Below are positions 24,917 through 39,199 of a stretch of 64,000 nucleotides of DNA, piece by piece. Below the pieces are notes generated by a model. The model saw nothing but the letters and a program-made list of their open reading frames with translations. It was not told the DNA's origin and did no database searches. The stretch comes from Amoebidium appalachense. Taxonomy: Eukaryota > Protista > Ichthyosporea. The stretch is taken from contig CAVNZM010000001.1 of the NCBI GenBank assembly GCA_963693365.1, positions 3,798,907 to 3,862,906 of the forward strand. Direction: 5' to 3'. Numbering within the stretch: the stretch's first letter is position 1; each line of letters starts with the position of its first letter. The translations under genes were made by a program, and so were the position numbers.

Positions 24917-24955
<39 letters not shown>

Positions 24956-24967
24956 GTTCAAAATCAA
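24627..24967. mobile_element. MITE-like element with terminal inverted repeats and internal palindromes
   Basis: ttgattttgaaaccgggg...gtagtagaaagttt versus aaacttgctactaccc...cccgggttcaaaatcaa; internal direct repeats bounded by gggtaccc; central atagtactat palindrome occurs twice. Confidence 0.65.
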
Positions 24968-25052
24968 TTTTTTTTTCTTTTGACTGGATTTATTCGACGG
25001 AAAGATATGCAAGTATGCACAGCATACTGAGAAGGTCTAGACAATAAAAACT

Positions 25053-25430
25053 TCACGAGTTATCCAGTAACAAGTGCATACTGAGATACCTGAACACTGT
25101 GTGAAAATCATATAAATACTCAATGTGACGACCAACAGAATTCAACAAAAAGTCTAAAGTGTTCACATTGCCAGCTAGTGTAGCAGATACCCGGAGGGAA
25201 AGAGGTAAAACGCGACATAAAAATTCACACCTATCAACATGCTTGCGATTAAAAAGGTCAGCACAAAAGTGGCACCAGCGGCGATGAAAACAAGAATTAC
25301 AGCGCCACTGCACAACTTCCCAGGCAATATCAACATCAGAGCACCATACAGACTTATCTACTAGGGTGGTATCCATACGTACAGCAGGAGAAATGTATCC
25401 TGCCAAAGCTCCCAAAAAGCGATAATGATC
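25053..25430 (-). pseudogene. C-terminal fragment of a second LINE ORF2 (CCHC-like zinc-knuckle region)
   Basis: VVQWRC...WCHFCADLFNRKHVDRC...LDFLLN has a layout like the C-terminus of the 32-36 kb LINE; followed by an A-rich tract. Confidence 0.5.
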
Positions 25431-25439
25431 AGTACGGTG

Positions 25440-26113
25440 TCAGTGCTCCCTAACTCCGAACAAGTCTAGCCTGCATGCATGTTTCTGATCATCATTCATC
25501 CGGCAGGATCCGGGCAAGGCTCTCATATTGTAGCTGCATGTCCAAAGACTGCATGGTGACACATGAGCTCATTAACCTTCTCTCCATTCGCAGGTTCGGA
25601 GCTATGTCAATATTTGCAGGGGCCCAACGAATTTCACTTCGATCTAGGGAGCCGTTGTGCGTGGGGTTACGCAACATCTGATTGGTCGGTAGCCGTCGAC
25701 ATTACTCGACCGCCACCGTGCAAGCGAGTCCCCCTGAATCCCTGATGCTTCGCCACACCCTTTCGAAAGTTGTTGGGGGATGACATGTACAGACCGGGGG
25801 ACCAAAAAACATCAGAGACCCTGCCAGTGTGTGAAGGGTGATGAGTGGCACGTATGTGAGCTTCGTTTGGAGCAGTACACACGTACTATTATACTGACTC
25901 GTAAATAAACCACTGTTTCCAAGTGCACCTGTAACAGCGCAAGACGGTTTGAGGCAACACACCATTCACGGGCATTCGGGTTTTTTTTCTTGGCCGTTAT
26001 TAGACTAGTTGTAAAACACATGTTGTAACACTTTCGCTGCCACCTTGACCCAAAGATGCTAATGCCTTTAGGTGCACGGTTGTATGAATGCGCCTTATAT
26101 ACCAGCTACGGTA
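25440..26113 (-). mobile_element. Possible decayed pogo/Tc-like DNA transposon end
   Basis: The reverse strand begins taccgta...tataaggcgca, resembling pogo-type TIRs; only faint coding remnants. Confidence 0.3.
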
Positions 26114-26315
26114 CTGTACATACCCACACCGGTACCGCAATCACTCCGGATCCGTTTGTTCAAGTCTCGAAAACACCTCTGCCCAGGCCGTCTGAAAACC
26201 TCGAGCTCCCTGCGAAAAAACCACAGCCCAGTTTTATATATTAGAAGCAGCAACCACAGCGCTTGGCTACACCATGTATTCGGTTACGGTAGTCCGCCCG
26301 GCCCGGCGGGCCTCC

Positions 26316-29300
26316 ACAAAGAAGGCGTCCTCCTTCTTTCTATATTTGGTAATACAAGTCTGTACAGAGAGAAATATACCGTTATGGCCCTCTACAAGTA
26401 ATGGCCACGTGCTAATACACTCTCTCCCTTTGTGATCGATATCTCTTCTGAGCGCGAGCTCAGAGCCCTGTTCGACCGATTATCGAGCCAAGATGACATC
26501 ACAATGACGTACATTCCATTGTTCGCAAAACCCAGTCATCTTAGAATTCGAATTTCCCAATAAGTCTAATTAGATCGTGCCGGAGATGATTTTGAATATT
26601 TTCGAATGTAAATATATTTATATATAAGTCGTCCTTATCCTGGTGATATGAGATGCCATGACCTGAGAGATAATTTAGAATATTGTATTATTCTTATCAG
26701 TGCCAAGCTTCGTCATCTTCTTCTTAGAATATTCCTGATTCTTCTTGGTGTAACTTTTAGTGTAACCTTCTTGCACGTTGGTGCGTACTCAATTTCTATT
26801 GGCTATCGTAATCCATGCCCCGAGTATATAAATCGCCACATGCATTCAGTCATTCAGTCCAGTCAACTTGATCAGTCAGTCCGAGTCACAGCCAGCCAAG
26901 TTCCTCTACCCCCATGGCCAAGTACAGCAGCTTCAAGACGTCACTGCAAGGCTTCAAGGAGAAGTGTCTTCAACATGCAACAGCGAGACTCTGGCTATGA
27001 CTATAACACTGTGACTGTACACTTCTACATGTTAGACTACAGTACTCTATTCTTTTCTTTCGTTCTCACAAGTTATAATTCGAATTTACATGCATAGATA
27101 AATTGAATATAAATAGATATACTCTCACTTCTGGTCATGAAATACAGCTAAGGAAAAATGGGTATAAGAGTTCACACTCTTATCCAGCCACGTTGATAGA
27201 GTGTATTGCGCACACTCACGCGGCTAGCCTTTCCTAGATAGCTGAATAAACGTTCCAAGTAAGGCTAATAACTAACTAATAATTGCTCGCTCTTACTTCT
27301 GCTTCTTTGCATATCTGCATGTTTACTAGGTGCCACACATAACACAAACACGTACATTTTAACCTCTTGACGCGCATGAGAACATACACAGCACACACAA
27401 ATATGTGGTTATACTATGCCCAGCACTCTTATCACACGCTTCCACAAACACGCTTCCACACACCTCCCATAAACAATAGCACAAAACATAACCACGTGCC
27501 AGTGTAGCCATGTGCGTGAGCAGTGGGCTCTAGCCATAAGACAGACAAAGGGCCCCGCCATTAGGTGGTAGCAGAGAATGGTTTCTATGTTGAGGTTCCG
27601 TCCACAGCACTTTCCTGTGACACGTGTTCACCCGTGTGCGCGCGATCGATACTATACAGCCAGACTGATTGCGACAGTCGAAAATGAGATCGATCGATAG
27701 TAGCATGCAGTGAAGCTTTACAAACCACAGTTCGAAAACAAAAAAAAACAGAACATAACGAAACGTTGAGTGACTTTCGCACACACGAATGTTCTAAAAA
27801 AATTATGTTATCTGTTTACTCGAAAAGTTTCGAAAATATACTTCTACGCGTCGAACACGTGAGAGCGTCACACACTCTGTACGCGAGTCCGCGCGCGATC
27901 GTCGATTGGCTGTATGGTTACCCAATCGCAAACTTCGCAAATATTCCAACAATCTATTTTGATTCCTAATATAGATATGCTAGCGATTGAATCGGATTGG
28001 TTCCCTGAACAGCATTCCATACATTCCTTACGAGATTCAATTGCTCAGTCGGCCCCTTATTGCCGTATTCAATCTACGGTACGTCTCCGAATACACTAAC
28101 TATAATACTACAATCGGTCAGGTAAGGTTGTTATTGAAATCACACAATAGCAGAATATTATTATTTATACTCATATACACTTTTACGCCCGCTTGAATAT
28201 TCCTGCACTTGCATTGATAGGTTGTATCACATGAATATGCCAGCCAGCCAGAAGTTGTAATTGCATGCACAACAGAAAGTTGGTAGACCCGCAGGTTGCT
28301 GCAAAACCTGGTACCTGGAGTGTCCCAGCATAAGGTAACATATTTCTCAGTTTTTGCTTGCTGCTTTCTATTTTGCCTTATTATTGTTTTGCATCCCATG
28401 TTGCATTATGCCGGTGATTCTCTTGGGCGTTGGGTGTCATATGAGTGAATGATACCATCAATGGTTAAGTCCCCGTTGACCGCCCTCCAAGTGCTTTTCT
28501 GGGGTCATTTATATAAAGCCCTTTTGCATGTCCACCAATGTGTGTGTTCGGCCATGTAATTGATGCTCATAATTGGAAATTTATTTAAGTAAGTGTCTAG
28601 GTTCTCTACGAGAAAACGAGGCTCCCGGGGTCGGAGATGAAATACTTACACATACAAGTTTTGCTATCAAACATCACTATATCCAACATACATGCAAGCT
28701 ACACATAAATTACATGGATAATATCATCATTGATAAGTTTGATGAGATAGCTTTCACCTCCAGATATTCTTATATCGACCTGCTGGCATGGTGATGCCCA
28801 CAAGTGGTGCGTAGCGTCAACATCCAGCGCGAGCACATCAAGGTTACGAGGGAAGGACCTTGTATGGAATTCCCTCACACTTACAACCGCCGCATTTGCT
28901 AGCGAACGGCCATACTCATCCAAACCAGTTGTGCCCTGCTGTACACGCGGGAACAAGCGCACTGTACCTCAGATTTCAATGATATTCAGTGACTTTCATT
29001 TCTATGTATCTGCATGGCAAGATCGATGTCATGTCTGTTAACAAACACAATTAAGCTTGTACTTCCAATCCTCAAGCCTATACCATATATATTTCGTGCT
29101 CATGTGATGATATTCACAACACTTACTGCCGACAAAAATATAAGTGTGTCCCTTCTGGCATATATCTACCTCATGGAAAGCCACAGAGACAATTCGCGTA
29201 TATAACGCATATATGGGTCGACTCCGTTCAACCTGGAGCAACAAGTCCAATACAAAAACGACACTTATACACCTTCTAGTCGTTCAACAATTTAAATGTA

Positions 29301-30741
29301 TGTATGAACTACTCAAATCCATACAAAATTACTTAGCACCCGCACATATCTATTATATCCAAAGCTTTACACATATGCATTGTGCATGATCATACGAAAC
29401 TCAACACAATAACCCAAAAGTCGGACACCTTCATTCATCCTTCCCTGAAACAAATAGGTGTGCCGAGGACGTCACACGTCAGACGGGGGTCGCAAAGAAG
29501 GCGTCCTCCTTCTTTCTATATTTGGTAATACAAGTCTGTACAGAGAAAAATATACCGTTATGGCCCTCTACAAGTAATGGCCACGTGCTAATACACTCTC
29601 TCCCTTTGTGATCGATATCTCTTCTGAGCGCGAGCTCAGAGCCCTGTTCGACCGATTATCGAGCCAAGATGACATCACAATGACGTACATTCCATTGTTC
29701 GCAAAACCCAGTCATCTTAGAATTCGAATTTCCCAATAAGTCTAATTAGATCGTGCCGGAGATGATTTTGAATATTTTCGAATGTAAATATATTTATATA
29801 TAAGTCGTCCTTATCCTGGTGATATGAGATGCCATGACCTGAGAGATAATTTAGAATATTGTATTATTCTTATCAGTGCCAAGCTTCGTCATCTTCTTCT
29901 TAGAATATTCCTGATTCTTCTTAGTGTAACTTTTAGTGTAACCTTCTTGCACGTTGGTGCGTACTCAATTTCTATTGGCTATCGTAATCTATGCCCCGAG
30001 TATATAAATCGCCACATGCATTCAGTCATTCAGTCCAGTCAACTTGATCAGTCAGTCCGAGTCACAGCCAGCCAAGTTCCTCTACCCCCATGGCCAAGTA
30101 CAGCAGCTTCAAGACGTCACTGCAAGGCTTCAAGGAGAAGTGTCTTCAACATGCAACAGCGAGACTCTGGCTATGACTATAACACTGTGACTGTACACTT
30201 CTACATGTTAGACTACAGTACTCTATTCTTTTCTTTCGTTCTCACAAGTTATAATTCGAATTTACATGCATAGATAAATTGAATATAAATAGATATACTC
30301 TCACTTCTGGTCATGAAATACAGCTAAGGAAAAATGGGTATAAGAGTTCACACTCTTATCCAGCCACGTTGATAGAGTGTATTGCGCACACTCACGCGGC
30401 TAGCCTTTCCTAGATAGCTGAATAAACGTTCCAAGTAAGGCTAATAACTAACTAATAATTGCTCGCTCTTACTTCTGCTTCTTTGCATATCTGCATGTTT
30501 ACTAGGTGCCACACATAACACAAACACGTACATTTTAACCTCTTGACGCGCATGAGAACCTACACAGCACACACAAATATGTGGTTATACTATGCCCAGC
30601 ACTCTTATCACACGCTTCCACAAACACGCTTCCACACACCTCCCATAAACAGTAGCACAAAACATAACCACGTGCCAGTGTAGCCATGTGCGTGAGCAGT
30701 GGGCTCTAGCCATAAGACAGACAAAGGGCCCCGCCATTAGG
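26316..30741 (+). mobile_element. Non-autonomous LTR retroelement with ~1.25-kb LTRs (26316-27565, 29492-30741) and a non-coding interior
   Basis: Near-identical direct repeats at offset 3176 with only a handful of substitutions; PBS tggtagcagagaatggtttc at 27566, complementary to the tRNA-iMet 3' end; PPT-like agacggggg at 29481-29489; TATA-like box (~26826) and AATAAA (~27245) in the LTR; TSD cctcc (or ggcctcc). Confidence 0.85.
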
Positions 30742-31984
30742 CCTCCCATCTTGCCCGCTTTCTGGTCCTGCACAGGCGGGGTTTTCGTGCAAGCCCACAA
30801 ACGACCACCCCACTTGCTGCCCGTACATCATCACAGCAGATCCCACTGCCACCACAGACCTTTCACACGTCCTGTTCACACCCACCCTTACGCCACCAGC
30901 ACGCCATAGCAACAAACACACAAACCCAATTCAACCCCCATATTCTTGGCAGTGCGCAAACACGCACCAGGCAGCAAACCCAAAGACAACAACGTCCACC
31001 TGCTTACCGATACGACCATTTTTCCGTCCCTCGCACCGATGACTTTTACGAGGAAACCGTCGGACCGATTGCAAGCGTCGAAGATGACAGTAAACTACGT
31101 GTCAACTACCGCCTGTGGGGCCATATGGCAGACTCACACGAGTGGGCAGGGGCGGAAAATGACGATGCATGCATGTGTCGTGGCACAGCTGATGATAGAG
31201 CACCCGTCCCTGCTGCAGTATCAAGTGATTGAGGTCACCAACAAGTACCGCCGGTTAAAGGGGTCCATGAGTGCTGGCAAATTTAGGATATTAATGAAAG
31301 AAGACGCGGAAACAGCTCTGATTCCGTGTACGAACGTTTAGCCTAACTAGTATACTTACGAGTCACTCATAGGCGTAACCGTTACCCGTCGGTTGAATGC
31401 ATAACATTGATTCTGCCTGTCGTAAGTTAGGCTAACACATACGATGAATACCAAATCATATTATACGTACGAATTTGTTAAAATCCCTTGTAGACTGAAC
31501 TAAAACCACTGCCAAAAGGTGCTGTATGCACACATGGAGAAGATGACTCAAAACTCAATTAAGTTTTCATCTTCAGTCCTACAAGAACATATTTACGTTA
31601 AATCCGCGTGGTTGGAATATGATGGTATCGTAGTAGAGTGGTATCACCGGCATGATGGCTGGGGTGAATACCCTGGGTTAAGTGTGTACGAATAGTTAGG
31701 ATTGTTAAGGGTGTGTTGGCGCTAATAATATCCCGTAGCACCCTAGCTAGAGTACTGTCGGTGCTGGGTGGAAGACGGTAGTTCCCCATGAGGGCCCCAA
31801 GGGGTCCCTCCGGGAACAAAAAGGGATAAAATTGAATAAAAGTAGTAGAGTGGTATCGACTGCTTGAACTCGACTTGCATATGCAGTTATCAAACCACCG
31901 TGCGTGTTTATTCTGCCCATGATCCCCTGTGCATGCCGAAGCAGTACTGATTGCCAAGAACAGCCTGTGACACACACACACCCA

Positions 31985-32072
<88 letters not shown>

Positions 32073-32078
32073 ACGCAT

Positions 32079-32606
32079 GTGCAAGAGGAGGAGGAAAATG
32101 AGATGGAGAAACCAAAGATGATGGGCCCCGGGGAACAGGGGGGCAGAAGGAAGTGTAAAAAAAAAAAGAAAGAAACAAAGAACGAAAGTTCAGGGGGGTG
32201 GGGGGGGGGGGGGGGGGGGGGGGGGAGAGGGAGGGGGAGGGAGTGCCTGCAATGCAAGGCACCTCCCAGATCGCAGAGTCCAGATAATCGTTACCCCCTT
32301 CCCCCCCTCCCCCCCCCCCCCCCCTCCCCCCCCTCTCCCCCTCCCCCCTCCCCCCATTCCCCCCCCCCCCCCCCCCCCCCGGCTTCCCTCTCACCCACGT
32401 CTTTCCCCTCCACTTGGAGCGTGATCGACGTGGAAACGAAGGAACCGATGTTTTCTGGTGAGAAACTACTCGAGCGCAAACGACGATGCGAGATGGAAAT
32501 CGAGCTCTTCTGCGAACTGTTCGCGCTGGCGGAAGGTCGTGCATACGACCCCGTAAGCGACAAGCGGGAACCAAACCCACCGGCGTCGGACCAAACCGAT
32601 GCCTGA
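32079..32606 (+). pseudogene. Putative LINE ORF1 remnant
   Basis: Its stop overlaps the ORF2 ATG (gATGccTGA); a related EMExEL...AYDP fragment recurs at ~36220-36305. Confidence 0.5.
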
Positions 32607-35600
32607 TTTATCCTTCTTCTTCTGGAATGCTCGGAACTGGGCTCCCAAAAGGGCCTCCCCCCCGGGACACTCGACGATAATTTCAGCTACATACAATAAC
32701 AGACAAACAGCCACACATTTACAGTGATTTGCGAAACACAGTTATAAAACCACCACAAGTTCAACTCTACATTGGTCGACACATCCACGCACCCCGGTTA
32801 TGCGAAAAACCGAGGCCTTATTGTACTTGCCGTGCGACATGTGAGAGTGAAGTGCAAACCGATAGCGAAAACGGAATTCTCAGTGTCTATAGAATTTCTC
32901 TCTAACATTTTTACTTTTCTATATTACCCACCATCTATGTCGGTTGCAGAATTGACCCACGAGTTATCACAGTTACCAGTGTCCACTGTCATTTTAGGTG
33001 ATTTTTAACACGCGACTCCACCACACAGACACAATGCAAGTACGGTGTCGGGTACCCATCTAAGCCCCCGGAGCGCGCTACCCTCGTAGCAAGGTATGTC
33101 CAAAGTCACACTTTGCGGTTCCCTCAAATATCCCATGCCCACAACACCGATTGGGGAGTGGTCTTCTGGCCATCAACCATGTCAAAACTCTCTCAGAGTC
33201 TCCCTCCTAATCTCTCTAGGTCATCTGACCTCCTGTCCTTTTCCTACCTAAGATCTCCCTTGATCTGCTCCCTCCTCCTCCTCCTACCTTTCGCCTCCGT
33301 CTATCCCAGGTCAAGTCACAGTGGGGTAGAGTTGATGTATGTGTATGCTATCAGTGAAACGAAACACCCTATATATATATGCGCCTATTAGAATCTGCAC
33401 AAGCCAGACCAGATTCACATCTCGTACTAGATACATGCACCAGCTTTATTGTTGATGATTTGATTGATCTCGGTGATTATGCTGGTGGTGGTAGGAAGGA
33501 ATACCCCGATGCTCTCTTGTTACCATACACCACTCCCGCTAGACTAGGTGAGCCCCTGTCTCAAAAGGAAAGTTTGCGCCGGCTTGCTAGTATGAATCGG
33601 TTTGGCCCCCCTGCTCGTATTATTGGTGATTCTACTGGAGACCCTCTCATAGACTTTGATAAGTATTTCTCGGAACTGTTTAAGGATAGGACCCCCGCGC
33701 AGAAGCCGATTGTGTGGCCTGTAGACCCATCTATCCCCATAGAATCTATCCTCCCCTTTTTCAGTCCCGATACCGTATGGTCTGTGATATCTAGTTATAG
33801 CTCTAGTAAGTCTTGTGGGCCTGATGGACTTCCTGCTGGGTTTCTTGAAATCCTTGTTCCTCCCTTCCCACAAAAGGAAAGTGATCGTGCTATGAAACCC
33901 AATCTTACTATTATGTTAAGCTCTCTCTTTTCTTGGTGTGTTAAATGTGGACATGTCCCGTCATCTTGGTTAGATACCTTAGTGATCCCCATAGTTATGA
34001 AGGACTCTGAGGGCCCCATATCATCCTTTCGTCCCATCACACTAACCCAGGTTGTTCGTAAATTCTTTGAAGCTTGCTTACTTCGGTTATTTGCACATCA
34101 CCCTAGGTTTCAATAAGGCTTCACATACATCCATGCCAATCCGCTTTTCGTAAAAACAATTCCTGTTATGTTCAAATAATGGCACTGCACGATTCTAAGC
34201 AAGTTGGTGCACGGAATGTTGGTTTTATTGATTGGAAAACTGCCTACGATTCTGTCTCCCCTGGCCTCCTATGGGAAAAGCTTGCTGCACGGGGTGTACC
34301 GGTACCACACTGCATTGGTGTTTTGTTAGAAGCACTTTTGTCCCATACCTAAGGTAGAGCTGTGGTTAATGGTCATCTTTCATATGGTTTTTCTAGTACT
34401 AGAGGTCTCTTGCAGGGTTCATTGCTTAGCCCCTTTTTGTTTAACCTATTTATAGATGATTTGGCTGTCAAAATCTATGCCAAAAATGACGACCCCATTA
34501 ATAACTTTCCGCCTGCCACTTCTCTATGCTGATGATCTATCCCTCCTTGATCGTACCCCTAGACGCCTGCAAAGATTGTTCGATATAGTGTCAGAGTGGT
34601 GCAAGGCAAACCTTATGATCCTTAACATAGACAAATGTGGTGTTCTCGTACCAGATAGCTAACAATTTACACGCCATTTACATTATCATCTAAACCTGTA
34701 TCTATAGTTCCAGAATACAAATATCTTGGTGTTCCGGTTAATTCTGTTGGTGTTATGTTTTCCCATGATGGTTGAAAAGAGGGTCACTGAGAGCTGGCTC
34801 GTAAGCGGTTTTCTTCTCGGCTAATATTTTTTACGACACACCCCTCCGCCCTTCTATTAGACTTAAATTTATTCGCACTTTTGTCTTCCCGGCATGTGAA
34901 TATGGTTTACCCCTTCTCGCCGCCTGGATTGAGAAAGACAGAACTAGAGCGCTTAAACCCTTGGCAAGTTTCCTTGAAGTAGAAGTTGCCTCCTTTCTAT
35001 CTAACAACTGTTGTAAACCTAAGCCTGTAACGCTCTCGATATATGGTCTGGTCCCAATAGCTGCTAGAGTATCCCATCTCGCGCTGAAATTCAATAAGCA
35101 CATAAGCCGCTTAAAGAATTTTTTGCCCTCCCACCCTCTCTTCTCTATCCGACTTGTCCCCTCCCCACCTCTCCCCTCTTTCCTTTCCTCTCTCTCTCCT
35201 TCTTCCCCGGGCCTGGGCACAAATACAAATAAACCCCGCAAAAGTGTGCGTGTGACTTTGGGCTGCCACTTACTTATTAGACATGTACATAACTTCACAA
35301 AATAATTCACAATATAACAAATGGAAAAAGATACCGCACGACACTGGACCCGATGAAAGCATACACCTTGAAAAACTAAGCCTTAGGTCTCGTTTTATAT
35401 ATAATGACCGCCTTAACCATATTGCCAAATATCGCACTCGCAAATGTGTAACACCTAAATACATATTACCTTCCTGTAGAATTGGTCTTTCTCTAGCTGA
35501 TGGTATTATTGATCACTTACCACGCTTTTACTGTACACGTGAGTACAGTGGAGATCTAATAAGTATAAGGTGGCATCGTTTGCATGCCCAAACAACACAC

Positions 35601-35823
35601 ACACACACACACCAGTTTAAACGGTCATGTATTGCCAAATGTGGTTTGATAAACCGCATAATACCGCAGCACACACACAACACATTCACAAAAGACACCC
35701 AGAAAGATATCCTACCTGAAAATAACAACATCCTTCAGTGATTTTATACTAAACACACGTAACTATGACCTGTTTATTAGATGTATTGATTGGCTTGAGA
35801 AACAAATCATTACAAAAGTCTAG
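32599..35823 (+). pseudogene. LINE ORF2 (apurinic endonuclease + reverse transcriptase) with frameshifts and stops
   Basis: EN motifs FWNARN, ICET, YYPPS, VILGDF; RT motifs KSCGPDGL, FRPITL, FIDWKTAYDSV, GLLQGSLLSPFLFNLFIDDL, LLYADDL, LNIDKC, YKYLGV. Confidence 0.92.
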
Positions 35824-36213
<390 letters not shown>

Positions 36214-37006
36214 TTGAAAGTAAGGGAAGCAGAGTTAAAGAAAAAGAAATGGAGACGGAGCTCGAGTACAGGGCAAAAGGAAAGGAGGCCTACGACCCCG
36301 GTTTTCAACTGCTCGATTACATGCATGCATTTCCGCCGAATCGTATATATTTTTCTCTCATCATTTTAAAATCTTTTCTTCTTAGGCATCAGATCTCTTC
36401 TCAGAATCTATCAATAAAGTCATTATAAAAATAAAAAACTTTTATAGTATAGTTCTTTCTTTCCTTTAAATTTTCATCTTCTTTTTTTTTTTTTGTTGTT
36501 GTTGTTTCTTCTCGAAGCTCGATTTCTTTATTTTTCTTCTTCATCTACTACTTCCTGTTTTCTTTCTTTTTTTTTTTTTTTTTAAAAAAAAAAAGGATTT
36601 CGATAAAATTCTCTCTTTCAGTTCTCCTCCTTTTTATTTGTGTCTGTGTATAGCTGCCACAGTGTTGTGTGGGTCTATGACGTGAATATTAATGGGTCGA
36701 AACTCGGGTACTGTGGAATCTGGATGACGTGGCCCCCCCTTGAGAATGGGCTCTGCTTATTATGCATACTCTATATGTATGGCTTGCAGTCTGCATCGTG
36801 TTATCCGTTGTTCTTGCTTTCTTGTGTACTTCGTACTTTATGACGAACCCCCCTTCCCCCCCCCCCCCCCCCCCCCCCCCCCTTCCCCTCCGTGCCCGCA
36901 AAAAAAGAACACATAATAAAAAAGGAAAGGAAAGGGAATGATCCGACCGACACCACAGATTCGAAGCTGCATAATCTCGTCTGGTGTGTGTGTGTGCTTG
37001 TGTGCG

Positions 37007-37074
<68 letters not shown>

Positions 37075-37091
37075 GTATGTGTGTGTGTGTG

Positions 37092-37133
<42 letters not shown>

Positions 37134-37258
37134 TGTGTGTTGTGTGTGTGTGTGTGTCTGTGTTTGTGTACATGTGTGTGTGTGTGCGCATGTGTGCGTG
37201 TGCGTGTGTCACAGTGCGTGCGTGGCACTGCATGTATGTGACGGTGCGTGTGTGTGTC

Positions 37259-37313
<55 letters not shown>

Positions 37314-38099
37314 CGTGTGTTGGTACGTGCGTGCGTTAGTGTGTGTGTGCATGCCTGTGTGCCACACAGCATCAAGATGTGCAAACAATCATTGGGTTGC
37401 ATGCATGCTTGTTTTGTGGGTGAGGGGATCTAGAAATTCATGCTTGGAGAGATTGCAGGCTCTAATAATAGAGTTTCCGGTTTTGCTTTGCTCTTTCATG
37501 ATTCTGTGCAAGGCAGGTTTGAAAAACGGCCATCATGGGCTCTGCCAGTGCACATGCCTTTAATTATTTACAGATCAAAAACAGAGGTTGCGCAATAATT
37601 GGTGCCCCCAACCTGTTCGACTTTCCAAGTGTGGGTATTTATAGACATATGACTGTCTCCAAATTTGAATTATACAATATTGGAAGCCAAGCACAACATC
37701 AAACTGCATTGTTGGGCAAGCTTGGTGTTGAATGCCAAGACAAGATATCGTCTGACAAAGAAGTGCACACATGTGCATGGTTTCATACCTACAAAGAGCT
37801 ATACAAATGAGGCCGAAAGTAGAAACCTAAAAGCGTAAACCGAGTCAAAGAGTAACACCCAAGATCATTCATCCACTAATATTAACCAGGTATGAACCCC
37901 ACAAACACGAACGCCAAACCACAGACACCTATAGACCCACCCTACGTTGCATACTATATTCACGCGGTATTCACCCCAAGCAAATCATTCCCGCTTTCCC
38001 GCTTGCCGATGTGTGCATGTCCAACTGAAGAAGACCGACAGAGACGGATGAAAGGTGCCTGGGCGCAGGGGCTATATTTTAAATAAGCGCTACCATTGG

Positions 38100-38622
38100 T
38101 CACTTATTCTTGTGGAGGCTGCGGTAGTAGCGCACCCCACAGCTGTTGCACAGATTCTTCTTTCCTTCTGGGCCCTTCCGCCATTGGATCTGCATGCCGT
38201 GGTGTGAGCCTATAAGAACAGATAGGACCCACTGGATGTATGTAATGGAAAAAAAAAACGAGGCATTGTGATTCTTCTAGTTCTTTCCACCTTACCCCTC
38301 ACATTTTCACTCCTTCCCCCACCTCCTTCTTCCCTTTCCTTCCCTCTCCTTACTTTCAAAATTGTGTGTATGAGTGAAATGCTTGTCCATAAAATCACCC
38401 AATCACTAAACTCAGATCTGCTTGTAGTGATGGAGGGAGTCCTGTGTTGCCATGCTTGTGGTGTAGTGGTGTGGATGGGAACACTATGAACACACTACAT
38501 GCGTGCAAATGTGTAGTAGACGGAAATGAAGGTTGGGCACAGAGGAGGAAGATAGAACTGGCGGAAAGAATTTGTTGTCCATGGAAAAAGGAATAGGAGG
38601 AGGAGGAGAGGGCGAGGCGGGG

Positions 38623-38684
<62 letters not shown>

Positions 38685-39102
38685 AGGGGGTGTTGATGTA
38701 TGTATGTTAGAGGGTTGGAAATATGGGAGAAGCACCAAAGGACAAACTACAAGGCGTCATAAAAATGAAAAATCCGAGAAACAATTTACGCGTGCAGACA
38801 GAAGACTGCTTGAACAGAGAGCCCATCATCAGGGGGGTTCCTATGCCTTCACAAAAGAATGAGTTTCGACTCTCTAACCTCTCGTGTATAGTACCAGACC
38901 CATACTTTGTTTCAAAAGCAATAGGCGAGTCAGGGATGTGCAGCACACAAGGCCCAGAGACATAAAGAAACTGTGCAGCTTAGGTTACAGACTAGAACAC
39001 ACCACACACCCGAGTTTCGACCCATCCAACATTTACCTCGTCAACGAACCCGTCTTGGTTCCTGCTTCACTCGAACATGGGTTGGCCACCCATCCGGAAA
39101 GG

Positions 39103-39199
<97 letters not shown>

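Noticed and set aside
26648-27097. 149-aa ORF duplicated at 29824
   Set aside because: It lies inside the LTRs across the TATA region and has no recognisable protein motif.
27404-27445. Half-tRNA-iMet (copia-type) PBS resemblance ggttat...gcccagcac
   Set aside because: The match is interrupted and lies inside both LTRs, and a much better PBS is at 27566.
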